Shown here: in pieces, positions 29,124-38,497 of the stretch
Layout of the letters: the number at the start of each line of letters is the position of its first letter
Position numbering within the stretch: position 1 is the first letter of the stretch
From: Spirochaetales bacterium
Lineage (GTDB): Bacteria > Spirochaetota > Spirochaetia > JABMQR01
Direction of reading: 5' to 3'
Assembly (NCBI GenBank): GCA_018399255.1
Contig: JAGYPA010000001.1
Span: 1,019 to 65,018 of the forward strand
DNA: 64,000 nucleotides
Position numbers and translations under genes: made by a program
Notes under the pieces: model-generated
Told to the model about the DNA's origin: nothing
The model's input: the letters and a program-made list of their open reading frames with translations, nothing else
The model's database searches: none

Positions 29124-30213
29124 ATACAGCAAACGGGTAACGATTAAGATAGGAACCAATCTCCTGAGCATGGGAACCGGTATCAACCTTGATTTTCTGG
29201 AGGATATTTCCAGGCAGATAGAGCAGCTTCGCTCTCGAGGTGTGGACGTGCTGCTTGTCAGTTCAGGAGCCATCGGCATGGGAGCTGGTGAACTGGGCAT
29301 TACCGAAAAAGTAAAATCCATTCCGCTGCGCCAGGCATGCGCCTCAATCGGGCAGCCCCTTCTTTTGCACCACTACCGGGAAATTTTTCGCCGCAGAAAT
29401 ATTATCATTTCCCAGATTCTTCTTACAAGGGAAGTCCTCGATAATCGCCAGAGCTATCTCAATTTACAGAATTCTGTTGAGACCCTGCTGGAAATGGGGG
29501 TAATGCCGGTATTTAATGAAAACGACAGCGTTTCCACTGCAGAGATTGGATCAGCTTTCGGCGATAATGATACCCTCAGTGCATTAATTGCCAGTAAAAC
29601 AGATTCAGATCTCCTGATTATCCTTACCGATATTGATGGTTTATACAATAAGGACCCGGTCCGGTATAATGATGCTGTAATCATTCCCTATGTAGAGGAA
29701 GTTACAGATGAAGTAAAAAGTTGGGCCGGCACTGGAACTGGCGGCAGCACTTTCAGTACCGGCGGTATGCAGACAAAAATTCAGGCAGCCCAGATAGCTT
29801 CCGGGGCAGGCTGTTCCAGCGTTATCGCTCATGGAATGGAGAACAATATTCTTGTACGTCTTTTTGACGGTGAGCACCTCGGAACATATTTTGAAGCAAA
29901 AGATAAAATGCCTCAGCGTATCCGCTGGATACTCCACACACAGCCTTCCGGCACTATCTATATAGATGCAGGTGCTGAGGAGGCAATAAGGAAGCGGAAA
30001 AGCCTATTACCGGTAGGAGTTATTAAAGTTGAAGGTATTTTTGCAAAAGGAGCGGTAGTTATGATTAATGACGTAGCAAAGGCTGTTACTTCCCTTACAA
30101 GTGAAGAAATTCGCAGCAGCATCGGGTACAGCAGCAGTGATATACGCACTAAGACAGGTATGAAAGGTAAAGTACTCATTGCAAGACCGGAAGAAATTGT
30201 TTTTTTGCAATAG
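29107..30213 (+). CDS. proB: Glutamate 5-kinase with a C-terminal PUA domain. The GTG start overlaps the proA end by 17 nt.
   Basis: RVTIKIGTNLL, VSSGAIGMG, and the PUA region (GTIYIDAGAEEAI..LLPVGVIKVEGIFAKG). Confidence 0.85.
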   Translation: MDRRIEYSKRVTIKIGTNLLSMGTGINLDFLEDISRQIEQLRSRGVDVLLVSSGAIGMGAGELGITEKVKSIPLRQACASIGQPLLLHHYREIFRRRNIIISQILLTREVLDNRQSYLNLQNSVETLLEMGVMPVFNENDSVSTAEIGSAFGDNDTLSALIASKTDSDLLIILTDIDGLYNKDPVRYNDAVIIPYVEEVTDEVKSWAGTGTGGSTFSTGGMQTKIQAAQIASGAGCSSVIAHGMENNILVRLFDGEHLGTYFEAKDKMPQRIRWILHTQPSGTIYIDAGAEEAIRKRKSLLPVGVIKVEGIFAKGAVVMINDVAKAVTSLTSEEIRSSIGYSSSDIRTKTGMKGKVLIARPEEIVFLQ

Positions 30214-30224
30214 GCAGCAGATAC

Positions 30225-31151
30225 ATGCAGTATAACAGTAAGCGATCGGCATATACAGTGAAGAGAATCCCGAATCAGCCATCTCCGGCCATTCCTGATA
30301 TCGGTGTTGTACTCCTCCACAGAAAGGGGGAATTGACAATTTATCAGGCGGTAAAAAAACTTGAGCCATATCAGCTCTTTGAATGTGCGGTACTTGTTCA
30401 TGCTGATGATTTGCCTGATCCGCTTGAAGACCTGATGCGCACTTGCCCCTGGGTTACTTTTATTGTCTTTACCGGCAGTTCTCTGCCAGGAACCAGACTA
30501 TATGCTGCTGCAAATGAAATATCTTCTGATTATTTTTTTGTATTCTGGGACGATATGACGGTCATATCAGGACCCGATCCTCGTCTTGTTCAATGGATGA
30601 AGGTCAATAAACCCATTTGTGCGACACCAATTCTGACCTATGAAAATGAACTGCTTCCGGTTGTTCATATGCCGGTTCAGCATAGCGGCAGATTTTCCGT
30701 CTGGTCATTTCCACCTTTTATGGATAAGACTCCAAATTTATTCCCTTTTGACTATTGCGGGATCTACGATCGCACAGCACTCCAGCGCCTTGGAGGCTTT
30801 TGTCCGGATTTCAATCTTCCCTATTGGCAGTTGGTAGATTCAGGTATCAGAAGCTGGCTGGGCGATTGGAAAATTCTCACTTGCAATGGCCTGAATTTAT
30901 CCTATGAAGGAGAGCGTCCCTGTATTGATACAACTGAAAACGATGACTACCCTCTGTTCATGATAAGGAATGCAGGGTTCAGCTGCAGCAGCGGTAAAAT
31001 CAAGGTTAAGAAATCTATCAGCGGTTTGCGCATAAGTCGGTTGGCACGGGAAGAAATTAAGGAAATACAGCATTGGGCCAGGCAGGATATGGAAACATTA
31101 CTGCGAAATTGGAAAATTCCTGAGGACGGGAACAATGAATCAGCCGGTTAG
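30225..31151 (+). CDS. Hypothetical protein, 308 aa. It may have a GT-A-like fold (acidic DxD-like motifs), but function is unknown.
   Basis: Long ORF in the proB-amidase gene string, with VHADDLPD and FVFWDDM motifs. No recognisable signature. Confidence 0.4.
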   Translation: MQYNSKRSAYTVKRIPNQPSPAIPDIGVVLLHRKGELTIYQAVKKLEPYQLFECAVLVHADDLPDPLEDLMRTCPWVTFIVFTGSSLPGTRLYAAANEISSDYFFVFWDDMTVISGPDPRLVQWMKVNKPICATPILTYENELLPVVHMPVQHSGRFSVWSFPPFMDKTPNLFPFDYCGIYDRTALQRLGGFCPDFNLPYWQLVDSGIRSWLGDWKILTCNGLNLSYEGERPCIDTTENDDYPLFMIRNAGFSCSSGKIKVKKSISGLRISRLAREEIKEIQHWARQDMETLLRNWKIPEDGNNESAG

Positions 31152-31944
31152 GAAAGCACTGGCTGCGACAGGGTGGCTTTTCTTACTTTTTTTCTCTCTT
31201 TCTGCATCAACTCCTGCCGAGCATGGGGTGTTCCTGCAGGAGGTTGGAGTAATTATTCTTGATCCCGGTCATGGCGGCAGCGATCCCGGAGCCGTGGGAA
31301 CCCTGAGAACTGCAGAAGGTTCTCAGACGATATTTGAAAAAGATATAAATCTTTCTGTTGCCTTGCAAATAGCTGAGAGGCTTGCCGCAGCTTGTCCTGA
31401 TACGGACATAATCCTTACCAGAAAAGATGACTCTGCAGTTTCCCTGCAGCAGCGTACTCATATAGCTAATGCAGCGGAAGTCGGGGAGGGGAAGAGCAAG
31501 ATTTTTGTCTCTATTCACGCGAATTCAATTGGCGGGGCAGGAGCTGATGCCGTGTACGGCTACGAGTTGTGGCAGCGGTTTCGCAGTCAGCGGTATGATT
31601 TTCTTTCGGCCGCTATTCCTGAGACTGCAGTAGAGAAAAGAGTTGCCTTGACCAACGCTGAATTGAATAGGGAATTTGATCGGGCCGATGAACTGCTTTC
31701 CGAAAGTCTCCTTATGGCTCTTGACGCATCGCTCTCCCACAAAACAAAAAGCAGGGGTATCAAAGAAGCCGGTTTTTATGTCCTTATGCACAGCTATATG
31801 CCATCTGTTCTAGTTGAAATGGGGTTTATGTCAAATGAGTCGGAGCTGGTCAAGCTTACCGACCCTGGATATCAGGAAGTATTGGCTGAATCAATAGTCC
31901 GGGGTCTGCTTTTTTACTGCAGCCTGCTTCAGAATAGTCAATAA
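31135..31944 (+). CDS. N-acetylmuramoyl-L-alanine amidase (Amidase_3 family) with a signal peptide.
   Basis: ILDPGHGGSDPGA, SIHANS and VLVEMGFMSN are the zinc-ligand blocks of Amidase_3. An N-terminal hydrophobic signal is present. Confidence 0.85.
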   Translation: MNQPVRKALAATGWLFLLFFSLSASTPAEHGVFLQEVGVIILDPGHGGSDPGAVGTLRTAEGSQTIFEKDINLSVALQIAERLAAACPDTDIILTRKDDSAVSLQQRTHIANAAEVGEGKSKIFVSIHANSIGGAGADAVYGYELWQRFRSQRYDFLSAAIPETAVEKRVALTNAELNREFDRADELLSESLLMALDASLSHKTKSRGIKEAGFYVLMHSYMPSVLVEMGFMSNESELVKLTDPGYQEVLAESIVRGLLFYCSLLQNSQ

Positions 31945-31987
31945 GAATGAAGCAGCAGCATATCTGCATATTAACTGATACGATTCA

Positions 31988-33424
31988 TCAGTCTCCTCGA
32001 AAAGAGCTTATCAACTGCTGTTTAAGATTTTTAAGCTCTGGAGTAAGGGAGACCTTGAAAACATGGGGGTTAATTAAACGTTTGTATGTTTTGTGGAGAG
32101 TTGCCAACTCTTTTTGAACCGTATCCTGCAGGGCGTGGACACCAGGATCTGCGATGGTGCGTTTTCCGTTGGATATTTTTTTCACCAGCAGCGGTCTGAT
32201 TTCCGCGTACCTGCCCGAGTTCATGAAAAAACGGTCGGTACTGTTATAGGGATGCAGAAAAACATAATCGTTACCGCCTGACACATCTTCTTTCTCCAGA
32301 GCAATCAGATCTGCTATGGCATTGTACTGCGCATCATAGAATCGATACACCTGCTTGATGCCCGGATCGGTTGTTTTTAAAAGGGTATTTGATACCTTCA
32401 TAGTCGGTTCATATATGCCTGCAGTATTTTGTTTTGCAGACAGCTTATATACGCCATTCATCGATGACTGCCTGCCGCCGGTAACCAGGTGGGTTCCAAT
32501 TCCCCAGACATCGATGGGAGCCTGATCTGCCACCAGCAAAGTAATTATTTCTTCGTTCAAATCGTTTGAAACAACAATTTTTGCATCCTCAAGCCCAGCT
32601 GCATCAAGCCGGTCGCGAACACTTCTGCTGAGATAGCTGAGGTCGCCGCTGTCTATTCTTACTCCGATAGTCTTTCCCTGTTCCTGCAATTCACGTCCAA
32701 CGATAATGGCATTCTCTATTCCCGAACCTAATGTGTCATATGTATCAATAAGCAGGGTGCAGGTGTCAGGATAAATGTCCGCAAATACCCTGAAGGATTC
32801 AAGTTCACTCGGAAAAGCCATTACCCAAGAATGGGCCATCGTTCCACTTACCGGTATCCCAAATTTCTTTCCGGCTAAGGTGTTTGATGTTGCAAAGGCT
32901 CCCCCGATATAAGCCGCCCGGGAAGCGGAAAGTGCACCGTCAATACCCTGTGCTCTCCGAAGTCCGAATTCAAGTATTTTTCCATAATTTGAAGCATGAA
33001 ATACATGCGACATCTTGGTTGCAATAAGAGTTTGAAAATTAATGGTATTGAGGAGTATGCTCTCGATGAGCTGGGATTCAATCAAATTGCCGTGAATTCG
33101 CATAAGCGGTTCCCCAGGGAAAGCTACCGTACCCTCATTCATGGCATACATATCTCCCTTGAAGCGGAAGGTTGAAAGAAAATCAAGAAATGAGCGGTGA
33201 AACATACCGGTTGTTTCCAGATAGTCAATATCTTCCCGGGAAAAGTGAAAATTCTCGATTATATCAATTAAATCATTCAGCCCGCAGAAAACAGAAAATC
33301 CTCCGTTAAAAGGCTGAGAACGAAAAAACATATCAAAAACAACCTGAGGGTTCTTTTGCTGCAGAAAAAAACCCTGAGCCATCGTGAGTTCGTAGAAATC
33401 CGTCAGTAGGGCCGAAGTTTTCAT
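31988..33424 (-). CDS. pncB: Nicotinate phosphoribosyltransferase.
   Basis: LTDFYELTMAQGFF N-terminus, GTMAHSWVMAF and the overall NAPRTase pattern, 478 aa. Confidence 0.85.
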   Translation of the reverse strand: MKTSALLTDFYELTMAQGFFLQQKNPQVVFDMFFRSQPFNGGFSVFCGLNDLIDIIENFHFSREDIDYLETTGMFHRSFLDFLSTFRFKGDMYAMNEGTVAFPGEPLMRIHGNLIESQLIESILLNTINFQTLIATKMSHVFHASNYGKILEFGLRRAQGIDGALSASRAAYIGGAFATSNTLAGKKFGIPVSGTMAHSWVMAFPSELESFRVFADIYPDTCTLLIDTYDTLGSGIENAIIVGRELQEQGKTIGVRIDSGDLSYLSRSVRDRLDAAGLEDAKIVVSNDLNEEIITLLVADQAPIDVWGIGTHLVTGGRQSSMNGVYKLSAKQNTAGIYEPTMKVSNTLLKTTDPGIKQVYRFYDAQYNAIADLIALEKEDVSGGNDYVFLHPYNSTDRFFMNSGRYAEIRPLLVKKISNGKRTIADPGVHALQDTVQKELATLHKTYKRLINPHVFKVSLTPELKNLKQQLISSFRGD

Positions 33425-33435
33425 GTGTCACTCGC

Positions 33436-34713
33436 TTATGTTCGGTCAATTACTGAAAAACCTGTGTAGGGAATGAGTTTTTCAGGGATCCGGATGGATC
33501 CGTCTTCCTGCTGATGATTTTCCATTACCGCAATGAGAGCCCGGGAAAGGGCTACTGCGGTACCATTAAGCATATGCACGTATTGAATTTTTCCTTCATC
33601 TGAACGATAGCGTACCCCTAGTCTGCGGGCTTGGTAATCAGTGCAGTTGGATGTGCTGGTTACTTCTCCCCACTCACCACTGTCGCCGCGGCCCGGCATC
33701 CAGGCTTCAATATCAAACTTGCGATAGGCAGGTGATCCAAGATCACCGGTGCAGGTATCCACTACTCTATAGGGTATTTCAAGTCCTTGGAAAATTTCTT
33801 CTTCTATGGCAAGCAGCTGGTCATGAATCTGCTCAGAATCTTCTGGAAGAGCGTATATAAACATTTCCAATTTTGTAAACTGATGAACTCTATAGAGTCC
33901 CTTGGAATATTGCCCGGCTGCGCCAGCTTCCCGCCGGAAACAGTGGGACAGACCTGCAAGTTTAATCGGGAGCCGTTCCCTGGCTATGATTTCTCCAGCA
34001 TGATATCCTCCGAGGGTGATTTCTGCGGTTCCCACCAGACAAGTATCTGTATGCTCTATAGTGTAAATATTGCTTTCGGGACCGCGAGGGTTGAAGCCGA
34101 TGCCTTCAACAATAGATTCTTTGGCAATGTCGGGTGTTATAGTCAGGGTGAAATCATATTTCAGCAGAATATCCAGTGCGTAGCGCTGCAGAGCAAGGTC
34201 CAGCAGCACTGCTTTATTCTTCAAATAATAAAATTTTGCTCCGGAAACTCTGGCAGCTGTCTCAAAATCAATTAAATCCAGCTCCGCTCCCAGTTCAACA
34301 TGATCTCTAATTGGAAAACCAAATGAAGCCGGGGTGCCGGATCGTTTTATTTCCAGATTATCCTTGTCCTCTTTTCCCACCGGAGCATCAGGATGCGCGT
34401 AATTCGGGATTGCGGCAGCTGCGGTAAAGTACTTTTGTTCAACGTCGGAAAGTGCTGCTTCCTTTTCAGATATGGCATCTTTCAGTTCTTTTCCTTCGGT
34501 TATAAGCCTTGCTCGTTCGTCATTTGAAAGTTTGGCTTTCATTTTCTTTGCATTTTCATTCCGACGGTTTCTCAACTGATCATTTGCAGCGATCAGGGCA
34601 GCCCGCTGGTCCTGTAAAATAATTACTTCATCAATATCAACATGCATGCTTCGGTTAATAATGTTCTGAGCTATTTCAGCTTTTCGTGCTTTAAGTTCTT
34701 TTAAGTCAATCAT
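33436..34713 (-). CDS. serS: Seryl-tRNA synthetase.
   Basis: N-terminal coiled-coil arm and class II motifs 2 and 3 (FRREAGAAGQ, GLYRVHQFTKLE). Confidence 0.9.
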   Translation of the reverse strand: MIDLKELKARKAEIAQNIINRSMHVDIDEVIILQDQRAALIAANDQLRNRRNENAKKMKAKLSNDERARLITEGKELKDAISEKEAALSDVEQKYFTAAAAIPNYAHPDAPVGKEDKDNLEIKRSGTPASFGFPIRDHVELGAELDLIDFETAARVSGAKFYYLKNKAVLLDLALQRYALDILLKYDFTLTITPDIAKESIVEGIGFNPRGPESNIYTIEHTDTCLVGTAEITLGGYHAGEIIARERLPIKLAGLSHCFRREAGAAGQYSKGLYRVHQFTKLEMFIYALPEDSEQIHDQLLAIEEEIFQGLEIPYRVVDTCTGDLGSPAYRKFDIEAWMPGRGDSGEWGEVTSTSNCTDYQARRLGVRYRSDEGKIQYVHMLNGTAVALSRALIAVMENHQQEDGSIRIPEKLIPYTGFSVIDRT

Positions 34714-34733
34714 CTTATTCCTCAGTTGTTAAT

Positions 34734-35534
34734 TTATGCCTTTTTCTCTTCAAGGTATACAGCTTTCTGCGAAGCTGCCCGGACAGCCTGCATAACAGCT
34801 GCATTAAATCCACCGTTTTCAAGTGCCAGCAGCCCTTCAATAGTCGTTCCAGCGGCAGAAGAGACCGAAGTAACGAGCTCCTGGGGCTTGGTTCCGGTTA
34901 TTTTCATCAGTTCAAGAGCTCCGGAAAAGGTTTCAGAAGCAATAGAAATTGATTGCTGATAGGGGATTCCTTCCAAGGTTCCTCCCATAGCCACTGCATG
35001 AAGAAACTGATAGAAAAAAGCGATAGCCGACCCCGAAATGCCGATGAATGCCGGAAACAGGGATTCATCAAGAGGGTAGAAAGTGCCGCAAGCCTCGGCG
35101 ATTTCCTGAGCTTTCTGCACAAACCCGGCGTCTGCTTCCGGGGATGCTGCAGCAGCAGTTACAGCCTTGGAAACTGAAGCCGCAATATTAGGCATAAAAC
35201 GGATAATCTTTTTTGAATCAAGACCTTTCGATAGTGTGTCAATAGTAACACCGGCAGCAATGGATATATAGGGATGGTCTTTCTTCGCTGCTGCCAGACT
35301 CGGGTAGATAGCAGGAAGAATCTGAGGCTTGACAGCAAGAATGGTAATGTCTGTCTGAGTAACAATTTCTACAGCTGTATTCAAGGCATGACCTGACAAT
35401 TCTGCCGCAAGAGCCGAGCTTCTTTGGCTGTCTGTGTCATAAAAGAAGAGCTTGACAGTATCGGATTTCGCAAAGAGAGCCCGCGCAATGGCTGATCCCA
35501 TATTACCGCATCCAACAAAACCAATTCGATCCAT
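34734..35534 (-). CDS. proC: Pyrroline-5-carboxylate reductase. The start is revised to MDRIGFVGCGNMG, with GGAGGTG 6 nt upstream.
   Basis: Rossmann GxGxxG N-terminus and the C-terminal P5CR dimerisation block (SSAAGTTIEGL). Confidence 0.85.
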   Translation of the reverse strand: MDRIGFVGCGNMGSAIARALFAKSDTVKLFFYDTDSQRSSALAAELSGHALNTAVEIVTQTDITILAVKPQILPAIYPSLAAAKKDHPYISIAAGVTIDTLSKGLDSKKIIRFMPNIAASVSKAVTAAAASPEADAGFVQKAQEIAEACGTFYPLDESLFPAFIGISGSAIAFFYQFLHAVAMGGTLEGIPYQQSISIASETFSGALELMKITGTKPQELVTSVSSAAGTTIEGLLALENGGFNAAVMQAVRAASQKAVYLEEKKA

Positions 35535-35620
35535 ACAATGCACCTCCAGCAAACGACGCTATACCATACTAGTTATTTTATCGAACCTGTGCAACCTTTT
35601 TGCGGGGTTATGGATAATCA

Positions 35621-35690
35621 GTTTCAGGTTTCAGGGGATCAGGGGATCAGGGGATCAGGGGATCAAGTTTCAGGGGATCAAAGTTTCCTT
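35621..35690. repeat. Short tandem repeat: TCAGGGGA repeated 4 times, plus a degenerate GTTTCAGGGGATCA copy. It spans the trmL stop codon and the trmL-proC intergenic space.
   Basis: Directly visible as gtttcaggtt TCAGGGGA TCAGGGGA TCAGGGGA TCAGGGGA tcaagttt CAGGGGA tcaaagtttcc. Each unit contains GATC. Confidence 0.8.
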
Positions 35691-36206
35691 TGAAGGCCAT
35701 GCCAGGCGGTGCAGAGCTCCCCTTTTTTCCATTCCCCGAAATTGATGCTGGCGCAAATATTCATAGGCTGCTACCGCAGCTGCATTGGACAGGTTGAGAG
35801 ATCTGGCACTGCTGATCATTGGTATCCTTACTGCGGACTGAGGATATCGGACGAGCAATTCTTCAGGCAGTCCGCGTGATTCCTTGCCGAACAAGAGATA
35901 GGAAGTTTCTGGATATAGGAATTCTGTATAAAGCTTCTCAGCTTTGGTAGTAAAAAGAGCCAGAGAGCCGGTTTCAGAAACTGCTGCGGCAGGATTACGA
36001 GCGAAGAATTCATCAATACTCTCATATACAAAACTATTCAGCAGGTTCCAGTAGTCAAGTCCGGCACGTTTCAGATGCTTATCATCTATAGAGAATCCCA
36101 AAGGTTTGATTAAATGAAGATCTGCCTGAACGGCAGCACAGGTTCGGGCAATATTCCCCGTATTTTGAGGAATTTCCGGTTCCAACAGAACAATATTCAG
36201 CGGCAT
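35670..36206 (-). CDS. trmL: tRNA (cytidine/uridine-2'-O)-methyltransferase TrmL (SpoU/TrmH class). Its roughly 20-aa C-terminal tail runs into the repeat.
   Basis: LLEPEIPQNTGNIARTCAA and FGKESRGLP motifs of SPOUT TrmL. Confidence 0.8.
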   Translation of the reverse strand: MPLNIVLLEPEIPQNTGNIARTCAAVQADLHLIKPLGFSIDDKHLKRAGLDYWNLLNSFVYESIDEFFARNPAAAVSETGSLALFTTKAEKLYTEFLYPETSYLLFGKESRGLPEELLVRYPQSAVRIPMISSARSLNLSNAAAVAAYEYLRQHQFRGMEKRGALHRLAWPSKETLIP

Positions 36207-36210
36207 ACTG

Positions 36211-37416
36211 CTACGGTTTCCTTTTTGATGAGTTTTTTCTGCCTAACAGACTCGATGCTTTAACTACATGCATTCCTGAACTCTGCATAGTGTGGACAGC
36301 TTTTTCCAGCTGGTGCTTTCTTGTATACTCAGATTCGAAGAGTTCGTTCTGCACAGCATGTCCAGAATCTTCAATCGAACTGATTCCGGCTCCAATTAAT
36401 CGTACGGGGCGTCGATCCCATTTTTTATTGAATAGCTCCCATGCTGCAGAAAATAGTTCTTCTGCCGAAAGAAAGGGAGAATCATTGCTTTTCTGAGCTG
36501 AAACCGAAGAAAAATCTGTATATTTTATTTTTATGAAAGCGGTTCTGCCAGTTACGGAATCGCCCAGGGTTCGGAAGTAAACCTGATGACTGAGGTCGAA
36601 TATCAGCTGTCTCAGGGTCTCAATGTCTGACACATCATGCGAAAGGGTTAATTCATTACTGACCGAACGGCTTTTTGTATCACCGGTAAATATTCCAGGA
36701 TCGATCCCGCGGGATATGGCATAGTAAAAAGAGCCTGAAGATTGACCGAAAAGTCTTTTGAGAGCTAATTCATCAAAGATTCTCAACTGTTTTACCGAGG
36801 TTATTCCCTTTGAAGCCAGGGCAGTCTCAGCCTTGGGACCTATTCCCCAGACGTCTTTAATACGGCAGCTGTCAATAAAATCTATCTCTCTGCCTGGCAA
36901 AACCCTAAAAAGCCCATCTGGTTTGCTTTTTGCCGATGCCATCTTGGCAATAAACTTCGAAGCTCCTATGCCAATTGAAATTGTGAGCTGGGTTTGATTT
37001 CTGATAGCCGACTTTATGGTTCCGGCGGCTGCTTCGGGAGGTCCCATCAGCAATTCTGTTCCGGTCATGTCAAGAAAAGCCTCATCAATTGAAATCTGCT
37101 GAATAACAGGAGCGTGCTGCTTAAGAATATCCATTATCATGCTGCTCATATCAAGATATCTGTTCATGCGGACAGGCAGGTAGCAACCATCAGGGCAGAG
37201 CTTACGAGCCTGGAATATGGGCATAGCTGAGTGAATGCCAAATTTCCTCGCCTCATATGAGCAGGCGGATACCACTCCTCGACCTGACGTTCCTCCGACA
37301 ATCACCGGTTTCCCTATAAGGTCTGGATTATCAGCCTGTTCCACCGATGCATAGAACGCATCCATGTCTACATGAAAAAAACAGGTCTCAATCATCTGCC
37401 GCATTCCATCTTGCAT
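36211..37416 (-). CDS. dinB: DNA polymerase IV (Y-family translesion polymerase).
   Basis: HVDMDAFYASVE, SIDEAFLD, and the little-finger domain. It overlaps ddl by 29 bp. Confidence 0.9.
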   Translation of the reverse strand: MQDGMRQMIETCFFHVDMDAFYASVEQADNPDLIGKPVIVGGTSGRGVVSACSYEARKFGIHSAMPIFQARKLCPDGCYLPVRMNRYLDMSSMIMDILKQHAPVIQQISIDEAFLDMTGTELLMGPPEAAAGTIKSAIRNQTQLTISIGIGASKFIAKMASAKSKPDGLFRVLPGREIDFIDSCRIKDVWGIGPKAETALASKGITSVKQLRIFDELALKRLFGQSSGSFYYAISRGIDPGIFTGDTKSRSVSNELTLSHDVSDIETLRQLIFDLSHQVYFRTLGDSVTGRTAFIKIKYTDFSSVSAQKSNDSPFLSAEELFSAAWELFNKKWDRRPVRLIGAGISSIEDSGHAVQNELFESEYTRKHQLEKAVHTMQSSGMHVVKASSLLGRKNSSKRKP

Positions 37417-38497
37417 TCAGTTCTTTTTCAGCTGTCCCTATGAGTTCTTCCATCAGACTGTTCCAGTCAAAACCGCCGGATTTGACAAGCTGCATATACA
37501 TGCTTGTTTCGGTAAATCCCGGTATCGTATTAATCTCATTTAAATAGACGTCTCCGGAATCCCTGTCAAAAAACATGTCTGCACGGGCTAACCCACTGCA
37601 GTATAGGGCCCGATATCCAGCTTCAGCAAGATTTCTGATATTCAAAGCTGCCTCAGGCGTCAGATCGGCAGGAATTGTGATGCGGGCAGCATTTTTTTTT
37701 GACGAATATTTATACTCATAATTGTAAAACTGGCCGGGGGCTGCTATTTCTCCCGGCTGAGAGACGAAAATATTGGTACCGCTGTCAAATATGCTGCATT
37801 CAATTTCGCGACAATTAATCGCTTTTTCAATCAGAACCCGTCTGGAGGCCTTTGCCGCTTTTTCAAGCGCTGGATATATGTCAGATAGCCTTTCTACTCT
37901 GGTAATACCAATTGATGAACCTGAACTTTCCGGTTTTATGTAAACGGGAAGTCCCAAAACTGCAGAAATCTCATGAATCAGTTTGTCGGTTGAAGGTAAT
38001 GCTGAAGAAAATCCATCATGGGTAAAACTGTCAGCACAGATATAGTCAACTACCGGCAGACCGGCTCTTTCCCAGTAGAGCTTGGCAGTATATTTGGAAA
38101 AACCGATAAAGGAGCTGCTGAAACTGCTGCCGATATAGGGAAGCGGCAGAAAATCCAGCATGCCCTGAAGCCGACCATCCTCTCCATAGGTGCCATGGGT
38201 GAGGGGAAATAAAATACCGTCAGCAATAAGATCGCTGCCGCAGGACAATCCTTTGCCGGGAACTATTGCTATAGAAAGCTGCTCATTCTCCTCGATTACA
38301 GCCTTGAGAGCCTGTGAAAAATCATCCCATATAAGGGCAGGTTTCTGAAGATACATCCGATTTTTTCTGGTAATGCCGATGCACATAACAGGAAAGCCGA
38401 TATTGATCAGAGATTGATAAACAGATGCCGCAGAGACGCAGGAAACCGAATGTTCCGGTGAATTGCCGCCGTAAAGCAGTATGATAGTTTTACGCAT
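37388..38497 (-). CDS. ddl: D-alanine--D-alanine ligase.
   Basis: N-terminal LYGGNSPEHSVS and the ATP-grasp blocks. Confidence 0.85.
   Translation of the reverse strand: MRKTIILLYGGNSPEHSVSCVSAASVYQSLINIGFPVMCIGITRKNRMYLQKPALIWDDFSQALKAVIEENEQLSIAIVPGKGLSCGSDLIADGILFPLTHGTYGEDGRLQGMLDFLPLPYIGSSFSSSFIGFSKYTAKLYWERAGLPVVDYICADSFTHDGFSSALPSTDKLIHEISAVLGLPVYIKPESSGSSIGITRVERLSDIYPALEKAAKASRRVLIEKAINCREIECSIFDSGTNIFVSQPGEIAAPGQFYNYEYKYSSKKNAARITIPADLTPEAALNIRNLAEAGYRALYCSGLARADMFFDRDSGDVYLNEINTIPGFTETSMYMQLVKSGGFDWNSLMEELIGTAEKELNARWNAADD

Noticed and set aside
35621-35690. Short repeats considered as a CRISPR array.
   Set aside because: The unit is only 8 bp, with no unique spacers and no cas genes. 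It is a simple tandem repeat.
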